Assembly: GCA_963762145.1 (NCBI GenBank)
Contig: CAVXJS010000016.1
Location: 1-64,000 of the forward strand
Reading direction: 5' to 3'
Source of the DNA: an uncultured Candidatus Rokubacteria bacterium
GTDB lineage: Bacteria > Methylomirabilota > Methylomirabilia > Rokubacteriales > CSP1-6
Length of the DNA: 64,000 bases
Shown here: positions 63,152 through 64,000 of the stretch, piece by piece
Numbering within the stretch: the first letter of the stretch is position 1
Layout of the letters: each line of letters opens with the position of its first letter
The notes under the pieces: generated by a model
Database searches by the model: none
The model's input: the letters and a program-made list of their open reading frames with translations, nothing else
Told to the model about the DNA's origin: nothing
Translations under genes and position numbers: made by a program

Positions 63152-64000
63152 TCAGGCGTCGTGCTTGTGGTGGCGGAGGATCTCGAGGAAGGTGTCGACG
63201 ACGCGCGGGTCCCAGTAGCCGGCGTCGGCCTCGCGGATCAGGGTGGAGACCGCCTCCGAGCGCGGGAGGGCCGCCTTGTACGGGCGGTCGGTGTGTAGCG
63301 CGTCGAAGACGTCCACCACCGAGATGATGCGGGCCCCCAGCGGGATCGCCTCCCCCTTGAGTCCGTCGGGGTAACCCGAGCCGTCCCACTTCTCGTGGTG
63401 ATGGCGCATGATCGGACGCACCAGCTCCATGCTGCGCAGGCCGAGGACGAGGTCGGAGCCGGCGCCCGGGTGCGCGCGAATCCGCTCGTACTCCATGGGA
63501 TCGAGCGGGCCGGGCTTGAGCAGGATGCCGTCGGGCACCGAGATCTTGCCGAGATCGTGGAGGTAGCCGCCCAGGCGGAGGGAGCGCACCATCTCCGCGT
63601 CGAGCCCGAGCGCCTCCCCCACCGCCACCGCGTAGCGTGACAACCGGTCGCAGTGGCCGAGGGTGTACGGATCGCGCGCCTCGATGGTGAGCGCCAGCGT
63701 GGTGATCACCGCCTCGGCGCGCTCGAGCTGGCTCAGGAGCTGCCGCACGCGCAGCAGCGCGGCCAGGCGGGTGCGCAGCTCCACGAACTCCACCGGTTTC
63801 GTGAAGAAGTCGTCCGCTCCCGCCGCGAGCCCGGCCACCCGCGCCTCCAGGTCCCCCACCGCGGTGAGGATGACCACCGGCATCAGCTCGTAGCGCGGAT
63901 CGGCCTTGAGCCGGGCACAGAGCTCGATGCCGCTCATGGCGCCCAGATGCACGTCGGTGAGCACGAGGTCCGGGCTCACCACGTTGAGCGCGTCGAGCGC
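63152..64000 (-). CDS. Response regulator with an HD-GYP phosphodiesterase domain (5' end outside window)
   Basis: REC: PDLVLTD, LTA, ADDF.TKP. HD-GYP: RDPYT.GH, LHDLGK, HHEKWDGSGYP and DVFDAL...RPYK. Confidence 0.92.
   Translation of the reverse strand, partial: ALDALNVVSPDLVLTDVHLGAMSGIELCARLKADPRYELMPVVILTAVGDLEARVAGLAAGADDFFTKPVEFVELRTRLAALLRVRQLLSQLERAEAVITTLALTIEARDPYTLGHCDRLSRYAVAVGEALGLDAEMVRSLRLGGYLHDLGKISVPDGILLKPGPLDPMEYERIRAHPGAGSDLVLGLRSMELVRPIMRHHHEKWDGSGYPDGLKGEAIPLGARIISVVDVFDALHTDRPYKAALPRSEAVSTLIREADAGYWDPRVVDTFLEILRHHKHDA

Overview
Very GC-rich, gene-dense bacterial chromosomal segment with about 65 CDS. No rRNA, tRNA, CRISPR array, integrase or transposase was seen. The gene repertoire and style suggest Candidatus Rokubacteria/Methylomirabilota or a similar soil lineage (inference, not verified). 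Left to right: (1) a form II coxSLM-type molybdenum hydroxylase with maturation genes (mocA, coxD, coxE, xdhC, a Mo-pterin-binding protein) ending in sufU-sufS; (2) an rlmN-mtaB-mtnP-PfkB kinase-larE-larB-larC operon, which makes the nickel-pincer cofactor but has no larA; (3) an AT-richer orphan with a peptidoglycan-binding-like motif, a peptide ABC binding protein, and an ECF sigma/ZAS anti-sigma/DUF4139 unit carrying two matching sigmaE-type promoters; (4) a DUF6607-like gene behind a DtxR-type palindrome; (5) thrC-like/MoaD/aminotransferase/glycerate kinase; (6) phoD, SDRs and a CoA-transferase, with a 5 x 52-bp intercistronic tandem repeat whose mini-ORFs overlap the flanking stop and start codons (MIRU-like); (7) an HtrA homologue lacking its catalytic triad; (8) TPR-PolB converging on a repair-type radical SAM; (9) moeA-tldD-tldE-split transketolase; (10) ABC exporter, surface glycosylation genes, fabL-like, uppP, tcuA-like, a 27-bp-arm palindrome and an HD-GYP response regulator. 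About 11 otherwise intact genes carry small frameshifts, most likely long-read consensus errors. Family calls come from motif recognition by eye; no searches were run.
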